Of a DNA stretch of 64,000 nucleotides, positions 49,655-61,654 are shown in pieces; positions within the stretch are counted from its first letter, which is position 1, and the number at the start of each line of letters is the position of its first letter. Both the position numbers and the translations under genes were made by a program. The notes below the pieces were generated by a model, which saw nothing but the letters and a program-made list of their open reading frames with translations, was not told the DNA's origin and searched no databases. This DNA is from Podarcis cretensis (taxonomy: Eukaryota): the NCBI GenBank assembly GCA_951804945.1, contig OX638164.1:22444001-22508000 (forward strand), read 5' to 3'.

Positions 49655-51101
49655 AACCACACACCTTTCCATCACTGGGAAGAAGGGATTGTATCTTTAA
49701 GGCCAACCACTAAGGAAGAAGAAATTTGGACACACAACCAGTTCTGGCTGAATTTTACTCCTAATCACCATCATCCAAAGGAGAAGACAAAAAGGGAGAA
49801 CCAGCCTCAAGATGCAAACATGGGGACCCTCTGGCTGACCCCTCCATTTCTCACCAAACAAACCCACCTGCCCACACACCTGTTGTCATATGTGACATCG
49901 GGTGCTGGGCAGATAAGGACACGACTGCAAAGGAACAACTAGGAACTTAAAGGGAGCTCCCAAATGCTCCTTTGAGAGCAGGGCGTGCTGCCAGTGCTGA
50001 TCAACTCATTGGCACCGACAGAGAGCCTGTTGCGATCAGCTGTACTCAGGAGTTCCCTGTTGAGAACTCCCTTGTGCAGCCCTGGGAGTTTGTTATCAGT
50101 ATCACCTGATTGGCGCTGAATGTGAGCCCTCTGAAGGCACACTTTCAATGCCAATCAGCCATGAGCCCCGCTTTCTCCATTTGCAGACACAGTTTGTATC
50201 CAAACTGCCCATGCAAATAGCCATTCCCCCCAACCCTGAAATAGGCTAGTCTGTATAGGACCAGAATAAAAATGTCCATTTGCAAGCACAGTTTGAATTC
50301 AAACCACATCTGCAAACAGACAAATTGGGGCACGCGGTCAGTGACAATCAGCTGACAAAGTACTAGCAGCAACACTCCTTGTAGCTGCTGCTGGACAGCA
50401 TGATGGCAATAGATGATTGGCCCTCCCAACTTTCACAACGGCCTGCAGGGAGGGGGAAAGGCCAGGTCTGGCCCACAGGCCAGCAAAGCCCCTGGAAATG
50501 CCACTCCTTCTCTTGGTTATCATCATTGTTGGCATAATGGCAGGCAACCAAGTGGTGGTGAGAAAGAGAAGGAGGAACAGAAAGATCAAGAGAGTCGTAA
50601 TGTTAAAGAGAGTTAAAGACTGCTTGGAAACTTCAAGCAATTGTGGCCATGCAGCTCCTGACTGAAATCGGGTGAGTGGAGCATATTGTACCCATTGCCC
50701 TGATTGCCGGTGTTTCCAGCCCAGTTTAAAGTGCTGGTGACACAGCCATGTCCGGGCTGGTTATGTATGTCATCATGTGAGATTGTTCTGCAGCTATTTC
50801 CCTTTGGGGGGCCCCTGCCTTACTAGAAGTCAGCCTACTGGGCTAAGCAACATTTGGATTTACTTCTAGGTTGTACTGTTGGAAATATCGTCTTAAAATC
50901 AATCAAGGGGCTTTTTAATGACGGATACCACAACTCTTCTAATCTTCAGAAGCTGTAGAATTCCAGCTTTAATTGTGGAAAAGAAAGCTCTTTTAGCCCA
51001 GAAAGAGGTCCTTACTTATTGACATTTTGTAGTCATGTCACTTAAGCCACTGTTTGCATTCGAAAGGGTGAACAGAAGGAACAAAGCCACCTCATCTAAT
51101 A

Positions 51102-51327
51102 CAGTGGTACCTCGGGTTACAGACGCTTCAGGTTACAGACTCCGCTAACCCAGAAATAGTACCTCGGGTTAAGAACTTTGCTTCAGGATGAGAACAGAAA
51201 TCGTGCTCCGGCGGCACGGCAGCAGCAGGAGGCCCCATTAGCTAAAGTGGTGCTTCAGGTTAAGAACAGTTTCAGGTTAAGAACGGACCTCCAGAACGAA
51301 TTAAGTTCTTAACCCGAGGTACCACTG
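51102..51327. mobile_element. Tigger/pogo-type (Tc1/mariner superfamily) MITE, full length
   Basis: TIR cagtggtacctcgggtta / taacccgaggtaccactg; TA TSD. Confidence 0.93.
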
Positions 51328-51925
51328 TACTGACATTTGCCTTATAGCCGAAGAAGAACCCTGTCAGTGGTGCTCTCCAGCTGAAAAAAAGCCCTGCTGG
51401 CTGGGATCGGTCCTTGAACTCTGAACATGCCTCTTGCTTGCCTGGATGGAGAATAGATAGGGGTGCGGGAGAGTGTGTCTGGGAACAGGCCTACTGTACA
51501 AAGGTAAAATTGACATCCATTGCTCCTCCCACTTTTGCCTCTGGCCCCGCCCACCACATGCATGAGGACGTCAGAAGGTTGCTCAGAAGGGAATGTGGTC
51601 CTCGGGCTGAAGAAGGCCTCCCCCCTCTATATTTCTTCTGGTGCCTGATAGCTGCCTGAGAAATCCTCAGCTCCTCAGTCTGTTACAGTGATGGGAACAC
51701 CCCACCAGCCTGCAATGAAGTTTTAGGTGCTTGCTCTGCATCTAGAGCCATAGCCACAACCTGGTTGTGGTTGTGTGAACAAGTCACACCTAGTTGGTGG
51801 AAGTACAGGATTAGACTGCCAGTGTGTATCCATCGCAAACGTGCACTAACAAAATGAAAGGATTCCGACACGCGTCAGCAGAGAGTGTCATGGAGGAGCA
51901 GGTGACAAATTAGTGGCAGGTGTGG

Positions 51926-51944
51926 TACTGCCCTCTGCTGGACA
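51926..51944 (-). promoter_or_regulatory. CTCF motif
   Basis: Reverse complement tgtccagcagagggcagta matches the CTCF core CCASYAGRKGGCR exactly. Confidence 0.6.
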
Positions 51945-52015
51945 CAAGTGATGTTGGCTGTGAAATTAAATGCAAAGCTCGCTTTTTCATTGATGAATGA
52001 GCAGTTGCTGTTAGA

Positions 52016-52140
52016 CCACGATAGCTCACTCGGTAGAGCATGAGACTCTTAATCTCAGGGACGTGGGTTTGAGCCCCACATTGGGCAAAGCATAAATGGA
52101 CTAGATGACTCTCGTGGTGCTGTCCAACTTTCAAGTTATA
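52016..52140 (+). mobile_element. tRNA-Lys(CTT)-derived SINE, followed by a CR1 3' end to about 52372
   Basis: tagctcactcggtagagcatgagactcttaatctcaggg head; ggactagatga tail; the downstream CR1 ends in ttctatgattct. Confidence 0.8.
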
Positions 52141-52424
52141 AGAAAGGAGATTCCGACTAAAAATTAGGAAGAAGTTTCTGACAGTTAAAGCTGTCCAACA
52201 GTAGAACTGTCTCAGGAAGTTGTGGGCTCTCCTTCTTTGGAGGTTCCTAATCGGAGGTGGCATGCCCACCTGTCATGGTTGTTTTAGCTGAGATTCCTGC
52301 ACTGCAGGAGGTTGAATTAGATGAACCTTGGGGTTCTTTCCATCTCTACGATTCTACAATTCTATGATTCTAAGTTGCTCCTGGGACCAAAACTGACGAG
52401 ATGATTCAATTTCAATTGCATATA

Positions 52425-52658
52425 CAGTGGACGCTCAGGTTGCAAACGTGATCCGTGCAGGATGCACGTTCACAACCCGCAGCGACGCGTCTGCGCATGC
52501 ACGGATTGTGATTCGGCAAGTCTGCGCATGCACAAAGCATGATTTAGCACTTCTGCGCATGCGCGACCACCGAAACCCAGAAGTAACCCATTCCAGTACT
52601 TCCAGGTTTTTGAGGTCCACAACCCGAAAAAATGCAACCTGGAGCATACCGAGGTATG

Positions 52659-52662
<4 letters not shown>
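52425..52662. mobile_element. Second Tigger-type MITE family, followed by (TG)n
   Basis: TA then cagtggacgctc..; right end cgaggtatgact; internal tgcgcatgc repeats. Confidence 0.75.
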
Positions 52663-52694
<32 letters not shown>

Positions 52695-55054
52695 GGAAAT
52701 GTAACTCACCTTTTTATTTCAATGCAGAGGTTAAAAACAATGCCAAAGGAATGTGTCCCTCATGGGGAACCAGGGCTCACCAGTTCTTTTGCCAGCGACC
52801 TTGCCCTTTAAGTAAGGAAGCTTTGAAGCAACAGACCTGAAACAAACTGATCCTTGCCGCAGAGCAAGCAGGACTCAGTGCTTCCTTTGACCCCTTAGTC
52901 TGGCAGGCGACTATGGAAGATACACAACACCCTTCTTTTGATGTGCCCCTTCCCTCAGGGTACAACACAGCATCATGCAAAAATAACTTCGCTGCAATCC
53001 AAACTCACAGACTGGGAGCTTAGTTCAGCAACATCTGGAGGGCCACAGATTCCCCATCCCTGCTCCTGAGAATCATAGTTTGGTGAAGTGTACAATCTAA
53101 CTTGATGCCCTCTGGAAGTTGCGTGGCTGCAGGTCCTATGAGCTCTAGCCAGCATGTCCAATACTATGGGAAATGGGAAGTGTAGTCCAGCAGCTAATTG
53201 ATCTGCCAAGTTGGCTGCCCCAGTCTAGAGCCTTTCTTTCCAAGGGGAGGGGAATTTTCCTAGAGGAGTCATACAGTGGTGCATTCTGTAGTTCATTGGG
53301 AACTGGGTCTGAGTTGTGAGCCTTTCTCCAAACAATTCTGGCCAGATTCCAAGCTCTTCCCACCGCGAGCGCCTGGGCCCTACAAGCTTGCCCCAAAGGG
53401 AAGCCAGCCCTTACACTGAAAAATGGTCTGGCATGCTGGAAAGGGCTTTAAAACACATGCACATGCAAAAGAAGAAAAACTGCAGGAGCCACACACTCTA
53501 ATAGAAATTTACACTTTGTAGTTGTGATGTTGCCTCAACAGCTTGCACTGTAGTGATGGGGGGGGGGGAGAAGGATGGAATCAATTGGCTTAATTTTAAG
53601 ACTGCACTCCTTAATCTTTTAATTGTATAATCTTTATCCTGCAGTCTGTAATATGCACAGTGTACACCCCAAGACTGAAAGCCTGATCTTAGAAACCTAG
53701 GTCCTGGTGCACACCAGTGACATCACTACTGTGCGCCAGGGAGTGTTTGCAGCAATGCTGAACATTAAAGTGGCGCCTGATTTAAATGGAATCTGGAACA
53801 AATTAAAGGCAAACTAAATATAGTTTTCTTCAAGGAGACTTTTTTTGTCACTTGTAGCTCACTGGGTTTTGCATTATCAACAGGATTGCCAACCAATTCT
53901 GTTAATCGCAGAATTTGGCTCAAAATGTATAGTTCAATTAAAACTGAATAGTGTTTCAGAACAAGGGCAACCTTATCCAAATCCACTTTTCCATAAAGCA
54001 GTGAGCATTGCACTATTGTCCTGATACTTTGAACCTTTTTGCCCAAGTCCTAATACTAGGCAGCTTGCAGCATGCCCTTAAGCCTACAAAAACTCACAAT
54101 GCAGTGCAACTGTTATGAAACATACATATTGGAGGACGACAATTTGAAGAGAGATTATATACTTTGCAAATGGAACCACACAGAATGTGGCTGTGCAGAC
54201 ATATTTTTTTCATAGATCTTTACAGCCCAGGGGCAGACAACCAGAAAATAATAGCATATACATTGTCTACATTGTCTCCTTGGCTTCTACCTCTGTGGGG
54301 GTTTTTTTAGTCAAACAGCACTTGACCACCTAGGGTTACTGTCTTTTGGATGTCCGCCATCTTTCTTTCTGAGCGAGTGAGCAACCAATGTCATCCTTTA
54401 CAGTTCATTAAATTCCATGAGGCTGGCCAGATGAGAAGCCTACATATTTGCAAGTAATATCCATATTTCCTATCATTAATGCTCTTTGGGGATTGACAAG
54501 AGGCCCACTGCCATACTATAACATTTTGGCAGCCTCGAGGACTGGCAAGTCCCAATCACACACCCTTTGATTTGGAGAGTTTCCTCTTCCCCTTTTGGCA
54601 CACTCGCCGGTGTCACCAAGAGCAGAAGCAAGAGGCTGTGCCAAGGTTTTGTGCAGAGCAGTGGATAACATTACTGTTCGTTACCCACTTTATCCTGACA
54701 TGGCATTAGCATGCCCCTGGGCGAGCCGGTTCAGGCATGGTGCCATCTGAAGGGCTGAGCATATTCAAGGCACAGTATGTGTGTTGGGAACATGAGTGTT
54801 GAAGTAGCAAGGCCTCTTAGCGAAGCAGATCCAGATAGAATTGTTTCCAGCATTTAAGTGCCGACACTATACAGCAGGGTTGCGTTTCGACTTGGACTAG
54901 TGTTTCAGGCCCTACATGAGAGTAATCGGGAACAAATGTCATCATACGTGCTAAATCAGCCATTGTAGTGGGCAACAGTGGTCTCTGCATGCAGGCACAC
55001 AGACATTTAATGTATCCTGCTGCATAGGATGAAAAACGAGCCATTTTAGATGTT

Positions 55055-55198
55055 TGTTTGTTTGTTATTTGTTTATTAAATTTGTATACCGCCCAATACC
55101 CACAGGTCTCAGGGCGGTTACGACATAAAAATCGCAATATAAAAACACAAAATGCATAATAAAAACAACAACCCAATAACCCTAACACATTTTAAAAG
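55055..55198 (-). mobile_element. L2 3' end
   Basis: Reverse homology to 34235-34370; (AAAC)n tail. Confidence 0.8.
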
Positions 55199-55353
55199 GT
55201 TCAGGTAGGTAGCCGTGCTGGTCTGACGGAGTTGAAATATATAAAATATATTTAAAAAAATTAAAAAGTAGCACCTTAGAGACACACTTCTTCAGATATG
55301 CTGAAACAGAAGTCACTAGACCCTTATATATAGTGGGAGGGTGGGGTGGGGTT
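55197..55353 (-). mobile_element. Penelope-like element terminal fragment, internally deleted
   Basis: gtagccgtgctggtctg..gtagcaccttagagac..cacttcttcagat motifs as I recall them from reptile PLE termini. Confidence 0.65.
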
Positions 55354-55446
55354 CCATATGGATGTTGGCCTTCCATATGCAGAGACTGGCCGAGCATGTT
55401 GCATGTCAGAAATGAGTCAGGAGATCCACCGTGCCCATGCACACAT

Positions 55447-56105
55447 AAGATAAGATAAAACTTTATTCGCATTAGCCAGTGGCCATAGCAACAATAAAAC
55501 ATTACAGTATACACAGAAAAGGAAATTTGATATAAGAGCACAGTTTAAAGTCCTGAATCAGCAGTCAGTTACTGGCCCTTATTCTGATTGCCCTGCTATG
55601 AACCTAGCAACCTTTGCTGTTATCTGCTCATTTTGATCTGATAGAAGAAAGGACATTGTGGCAGTGGTTGAGCACCCTGGGATGGTTAGTACGAGAGGGG
55701 TGATGATCTCGTTCCTCAGGTCTTTGTAGAGAGTACAGGACAGGAGGACGTGTGCTGCTGTTTTGATGCTACCATGCCCACAGGGGCAAAGACGTTTCTC
55801 AGGCGGGATATTTTGGAATCGACCCTCAAGTACCCTCAGATGGCAAGACATCCAGTCTTGCAAGTGTAAAAGCACATCTGTATTTTGGGATAATAAGTTT
55901 GTGCAGATATGGGGCTAGAGAATCAAAATGGAGAGGTGGAAAATGAACATACCAAGGGCAGAATTTTCTTATAGTGGCCAGGTTGTTCTGATGCTCGATA
56001 TCTTTTAGACATTGACCAATTAGACTGTTTGCTTTAGTAGGGCCCATAGTGAGTAGGTGTTGTGGGGAAAGGCCACAAGAGTGAAATTTTTGATAGACGG
56101 TTTTA
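55447..56105 (-). mobile_element. Non-LTR retrotransposon 3' fragment with C-terminal CCHC finger (RTEX-like; clade uncertain)
   Basis: ORFs 55826-56047 and 55579-55875 join across a frameshift: YRCAFTLARLDVLPS..LEGRFQNIPPEKRLCPCG..HVLLSCTLYKDLR; AATAAA then (TCTTA)n tail. Confidence 0.8.
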
Positions 56106-56861
56106 AGTCAGGCACTTTTAACCCATGCACACAGAGTCATCCTGATCAGGGTGTGCATTTGTTTCTGAAGCAAATGAACAGCTGAGCCCAGATTAGGGAT
56201 GCTGCAAGAAATTAGGCAAAGGAGTGTACAAATGAGAACCTCCACCCTTGACTGGTTATTCATGAGGAGGAATGGGCTGAACACAGTCCAAGTCATTCAG
56301 CAAGCAGCTGAATCAGGGCTGGATTCAGCTTGATCCTCCAGCCAACCTCTGCTGCCTCCTCTGTCCTAGATGTCCCACTAGAAGTTGGAGTCCCACAACA
56401 ACTGGAGTGACAGTGCCCCCCAGTGCACTAAGATGAGACAGATTCACAGAGAAAAGGCTATAAAGGTCCAGTAGCCACAATGGCAATGTCCAACCTTCTC
56501 TGCCAGAGGCAATAATGCTTCTGAATTCCAGTTGCTGAGTGGGAACTTGAACCTTGGCCTCCCAGATCTTGGTCCAACACTCTTAACCATTACACAACAC
56601 TGCCCTCTTAAAGGTGCCTCATGTACCTTTGTGGGGAGGGAATTCCACATCTTAGGGGTTGTCGCAATAATGTCGTCCCTCGGGCCATCACTTATCCTGA
56701 ACTTCTGTGGGTGACATAACTACCAAGAGGACTTCCTTTGCAGAGCTTAACATCCAAGAAGGTCTGTGAGGAGATGGGAGGCCTTTCAGGCTGTTGCTGA
56801 TGATGATTAATGCTTTTTTCTCTCTATATATAAAAGTGCCAGTACTCACATAATCCTTTTC

Positions 56862-56911
56862 TTTTTTTAAATGTATTTTTATTAAAGATTTTCTTAGTTT
56901 ACAAAAGTATG

Positions 56912-56961
<50 letters not shown>

Positions 56962-57153
56962 GGTAATATTTTTTACAGATCAGTTTCATTTGTTGAGACA
57001 TTAGGAAGAAGAAGGGGAAAGGGGGGGATGGGGGGTCGGGTGGCAGTGTTTCTATTAAACTTAGTATATGTGGGGTTTTGTGTCAGCGTCGCTTGTGCAG
57101 GTTCACCACAGCCAATCACAAACAAACAACCACACCCTAGGCGAACCCCAACC
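56862..57153 (-). mobile_element. L1-type 3' UTR insertion
   Basis: Exact 17-bp TSD ctcacataatccttttc at 56845-56861 and 57154-57170; AATAAA and A tail on the minus strand. Confidence 0.85.
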
Positions 57154-57172
57154 CTCACATAATCCTTTTCCT

Positions 57173-57218
<46 letters not shown>

Positions 57219-57263
57219 CCTGCCCTCCCCTTTCTCCTTCTTCTCCTTCTCCTTCTCCCTCTA

Positions 57264-57560
57264 GAGAGCCAGTGTGGTGTAGTGGTTAAGAGCAATAGAC
57301 TCGTAATCTGGTGAACTGGGTTCACTTCCCCGCTCCTCCACATGCAGCTGCTGAGTGACCTTGGGCTAGTCACACTTCTCTGAAGTCTCTCAGCCTCACT
57401 CACCTCACAGAGTGTTTGTTGTGGGGGAGGAAGGGAAAGGAGAATGTTAGCTGCTTTGAGACTCCTTCGGGTGGTGATAAAGCAGGATATCAAATCCAAA
57501 TTCTTCTTCTTCTTCTTCTTCTTCTTCTTCTTCTTCTTCTTCTTCTTCTTCTTCTTCTTC
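57264..57560 (+). mobile_element. Squam3-type SINE with long (TTC)n tail
   Basis: gagagccagtgtggtgtagtggttaagagc head; tail 57501-57560. Confidence 0.92.
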
Positions 57561-58126
57561 CCTTCCTCTCCTCCTATTAACCAGCCGGACCATCTCTGCT
57601 CGCCTCTATGGCTTGCCCCAGCCCCAGAATGGAAGACAGTGGTCCAAGCAGCAGAGGTTGCTTCCTCCTCCCATTTCTCTCTCTCTCTCCCCCTCCTCCC
57701 CTCATCTTCCCCCTTCCCCTCCCCGCAGGCATGGAAAGAGCAAGCAGAGGTGAAGGAGAAGCAGTACTCAGTCACACCTGGCCACTCATGGCATAGTGAG
57801 GCTGTGGCACGGCAGCGTACCCAAGGGGGAAGAGCGCACATTGTGGGGCAGCTGAGGGGGAACAGTGCAACCTGTGGACTGAGAGCAGCAACTACAGCCT
57901 GGAACAAGCCTCCTTTCCCTCGCTGCCACCACCTTAGCTCTTCGCAACCCCCCTTTTTGCCACAGTTGCTTTCTTGCACTGTCCGCTCTCTACTGTATTT
58001 CCCTTACTGCAAGATTGGAAGAGGAATAAAGTGCTGGTACGGTGTACTGTTGAATACCACCAGAAAAAAGCACCATTGAATTAATTTCCTTTTTTTAAAA
58101 AAGTCAACCCAAATAATGACTGCTTC

Positions 58127-58490
58127 AGGGATGTGGGTGGCACTGTGAGTTAAACCACAGAGCCTAGGACTTGCCAATCAGAAGGCTGGCGGTTCGAATC
58201 CCCGTGACGGGGTGAGCTCCTGTTGCTCGGTCCCTGCTCCTGCCAACCTAGCAGTTTGAAAGCACGTCAAAGTGCAAGTAGATAAATAGGTACCACTCCA
58301 GCGTGAAGGTAAACGGTGTTTCCGTGCACTGCTCTGGTTCGCCAGAAACGGCTCAGTCATGCTGGTCACACGACCCGGAAGCTGTACACCAGCTCCCTCG
58401 GCCAATAAAGCGAGATGAGCACCGCAACCCCAGAGTCGGCCACGACTGGACCTAATGGTCAGGGGTCCCTTTACCCTTTACCTTTACCTT
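58127..58490 (+). mobile_element. Sauria SINE
   Basis: Exact 13-bp TSD taatgactgcttc at 58114-58126 and 58491-58503. Confidence 0.93.
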
Positions 58491-58539
58491 TAATGACTGC
58501 TTCTTGTTTTCTAAGTGCACTGTGGGCCCTATAGCCAGT

Positions 58540-58850
58540 GCGTAGTTAAACTATGGAACTCACCGCCACAGTAGGCAGTGAGGGCCACTAACTTGAGTGG
58601 CTTTAAAAGAGGATTAGACAAATTCATGGAGGAAGAGAGGGCTTTTGGTGGCTAATAGCCACAGTGGCTATGCTCTGCATCTAGAGTTGATGGAAACAAT
58701 GCTCCTGGAAACCATGGAAGGGAAGAGAGCTCTGGTGCTCTAATCCTGCTTCCTGGCTTCCCACAGGCAACTGTCTGGCTACTGTGAGAACAGGATGCTG
58801 GACTAGTTGGGCCATTGGCCTAATCCAGCAGGCTCTTCTTATGTTTTTAT
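58540..58850 (+). mobile_element. CR1-type 3' fragment
   Basis: tagttaaactatggaactc..ggactagttgggccattggcctaatccagcaggctcttcttatg. Confidence 0.85.
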
Positions 58851-59716
58851 GTCCAGTTTCTCCCCACCCAGAGAACGTCTGTGGAAAGGCCTGAAACGAT
58901 CCCATCCAGCGCTCCCACAAAACGCCTTGGTGAGGCCTATATAGAGCCGCAATTGTTTAGCATGGCACTGCAGCTGGGTCAATGGCTTATTTTGGTTTGA
59001 GAGTTATAAAAAGCCTATGTTTTGTCAATCTGTCATCCCGAAGGAACAAGCCTAGAGACTTGTTAGCCAGGCTTATTTTTGTTTGGTTTCATTTAAGAGC
59101 CCACATTCATCAGGGGGCCTGGCATCGCTGCCTTAGTCATAAAGTCATTGTGCCCCAGTTTATTTAGACATGTCTGGCCTGTTAATTGCAAAAGGGAAGG
59201 GGGGGGGAGCCTTCAGGATTGTGGAAGAGACATCAATCAGTGTCTATGAGAGATTCTCTTTTTTTAAAAAAAAAAAGTAAGGCTAAACTTCAGGGAAAGA
59301 AACAGGCTGCAGGAGGAAAACATGTAGCGTTATGAGCAGGTACATGGCCTGCTATGGCATGGGGCTGTTTGGATGAAGGATGTGAGGAAAAGGTGGACAT
59401 TTGTAGCCTAATAGTCCTTAACACCTTTATTTTTTTTAAGAAACAAAAGTGCCTGTACTCACCATGAAGTTGTTATAGTAAGTGCCACCCTTTTAACATT
59501 TGGGGGTAAAAAGTGTCATTACTACATACCTTTGAGTACCCCATAAAAAAAGAACTGGGTGTACTATCAGTTGACTAATCTGATCCTTCTTCACTTCAAA
59601 AGTAGCACATTCCATGCACCTGCAAAGTTGACAAAATATATTGTGGCTTGCACCACAATATCTGAGGGGTGAGAGACTCCAGGTGTCCCTGGGCTTATTC
59701 AGGGTTCCGTTTTCTT

Positions 59717-60097
59717 TCTTTCTTTTTTTAAAAAAATATTTATTAAGTTTTCCATTTTAACAATCCAATAAAAACAACATTAAAACATTCCAAATTATAA
59801 TACAATCAAAAAAGCCAAATAATCACACCAAATTATATATCTTTGGGTGACTTCCCATGCTCTGAAGTTCAGGGAGTAATGATCTAATATTGTACTGCAT
59901 TCTTTAATTAGTCCAAATAGTCCCGATAAAACATTTCCAGTGTTGTTCCTTCCTTTATTTCTAACAGCCTCTGAGTTCGTTTAGCAAGCTGGCTAGTCCT
60001 TTGCAGTTCTGTGCGAAATATTTTAATTTTCGTTTTCTTTATTTTCCTGTTGTAATCCAAAGTTCTCATCAATGTCACTTTCACTTTCTGTGAAAGT
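59717..60097 (-). mobile_element. L1-type 3' insertion
   Basis: Exact 13-bp TSD gttccgttttctt at 59704-59716 and 60098-60110; AATAAA and A-rich tail on the minus strand. Confidence 0.8.
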
Positions 60098-61654
60098 GTT
60101 CCGTTTTCTTGGAATGACAGTGAATGGAGATTGCAGTGTGTTTAGGATGTTTGGTGTTATTGACTCAAATATCCAACCTGAGCACAGGATGGAGGGGCTC
60201 ACAGCATCAACACTCCAACAGAACTTGCTTCCCCATGGACTCCTACTGAGATCCCCAAACCATAGCTCTTGGCTCCAGCACAGAGTAAGACAGGCCTCTG
60301 TGTCTCCTGCATCCAGCATCAGCCCCAAACTCACCCACAGACAAAAAGTCCTTGGCCTGTTGTTCCCCATCTTCAAATCATGTGGCATCCAGCTAATTGA
60401 AGGGGGCAGAAAAAGCCCGCCCATTTTTCTTTATAGCAATCTGTTAGGACATGTAAAGGACGGCCAAGCCCATTACCTTAGCAAAGGAACTGGCTTGACT
60501 GGTTTCCTCTTACATCAGAGATACAGGATTGCAGGTTCAAAAGGAGCCACAGGCACCATTTAGACCGACCCTTCCAACCTATAACAATATATACTCTGAT
60601 CACACCAAATGTTTGCATTGCTTCAATACTGTTCAGTGCCTGTTTTTATTTTATTAGATCCTTCCCTGCTTCCCCCTTCCTTACGAAGCTGCCTTATCCC
60701 AAGCCAGAGCATTGCTCCATGCAGCTCAGTATTGTTTGCACTGATTGGCAGCAGCTCTATGGGATTTCACAATGGGAGCTGGAGTTGCCGAAGGTTGAAC
60801 CTGGTACTTACTGTGTGTAAAGCATTTATTCAGGAACTGCTCAAGGTATCTGATAAGATCCAACATACTTTAATCCCACTTTCCCCCTCTATTTGGAGTG
60901 ATCAAAATGACTGGCTGTCTCACCACTAACATGATTCTGCAGGTACAGAATGAAAAAAATCTACCTTATTAAAATAAAATAAAAAACGCAACATATCATA
61001 TACCTACAAACAACTTGTGGATTTCTTCCAGGCATCTGGCTGGTCACTGTGAGAAGCAGATACAAGCATTAGATGACCCAACAATCTATTTTTATTTTGG
61101 AGTATTTTGGAGTATTATAGCTTTACTTAGTGCTGCTGTGAAAAATCCCTTTTAGTACTTTGTTAGAAGGGACCCCGGTTCTCTCTCCTAGTGTCATGCA
61201 ATGTACGCTGACATCTACTGGCTGAATAAATATACTGCATGGAGCCTGTAGCACTGCAGGTACCAGGCTAGTAGGAACCGGAGGAAGTAACCTGTGACTC
61301 TCGTTTCCTCTTAACATTTCCTTGGATGGGGCGGGGGGAGAGAAAATGTGCTCAGTCTTCTTTGCTTTGTCTGCTGAAACCCACGTTTTTGGAGTAAGTG
61401 ATTCAAGCGTTGTTTCCTTTTGGGAAGTGGTGCAGTCCTCTGCTGCATGTCCAAAGGTGGGGTCAAAATGCTGATATTTGATTCTGTTCTTATCCACACA
61501 GGAAGAAGTGTGTTCACACAACCAGGAGGAAGCATGAACTGTTGAATGCATCTGGAGCATGGCTGCCGTGTGTTTCTCTTGGACGCCAGCGGCTACAGGT
61601 ATGAAATACCCCCCCACACACACACTCTCTGCAGTTTCAGCAGTAACAGTGCTT

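Noticed and set aside
52016-52087. tRNA-Lys(CTT) gene (also 48872-48943, minus strand)
   Set aside because: The acceptor stem is degraded, the T-loop reads TTT instead of TTC, and both copies continue into a CR1-type tail, so they are SINE heads.
57212-58079. Longest ORFs (255 aa and 211 aa)
   Set aside because: They run through a Squam3 SINE and (TTC)n, giving poly-K and poly-F; low-complexity artefacts.
59455-59470. Strong minus-strand donor ATG|GTGAGTA
   Set aside because: It lies in what looks like a dispersed MITE-type repeat (about 59400-59560), and I found no matching acceptor.
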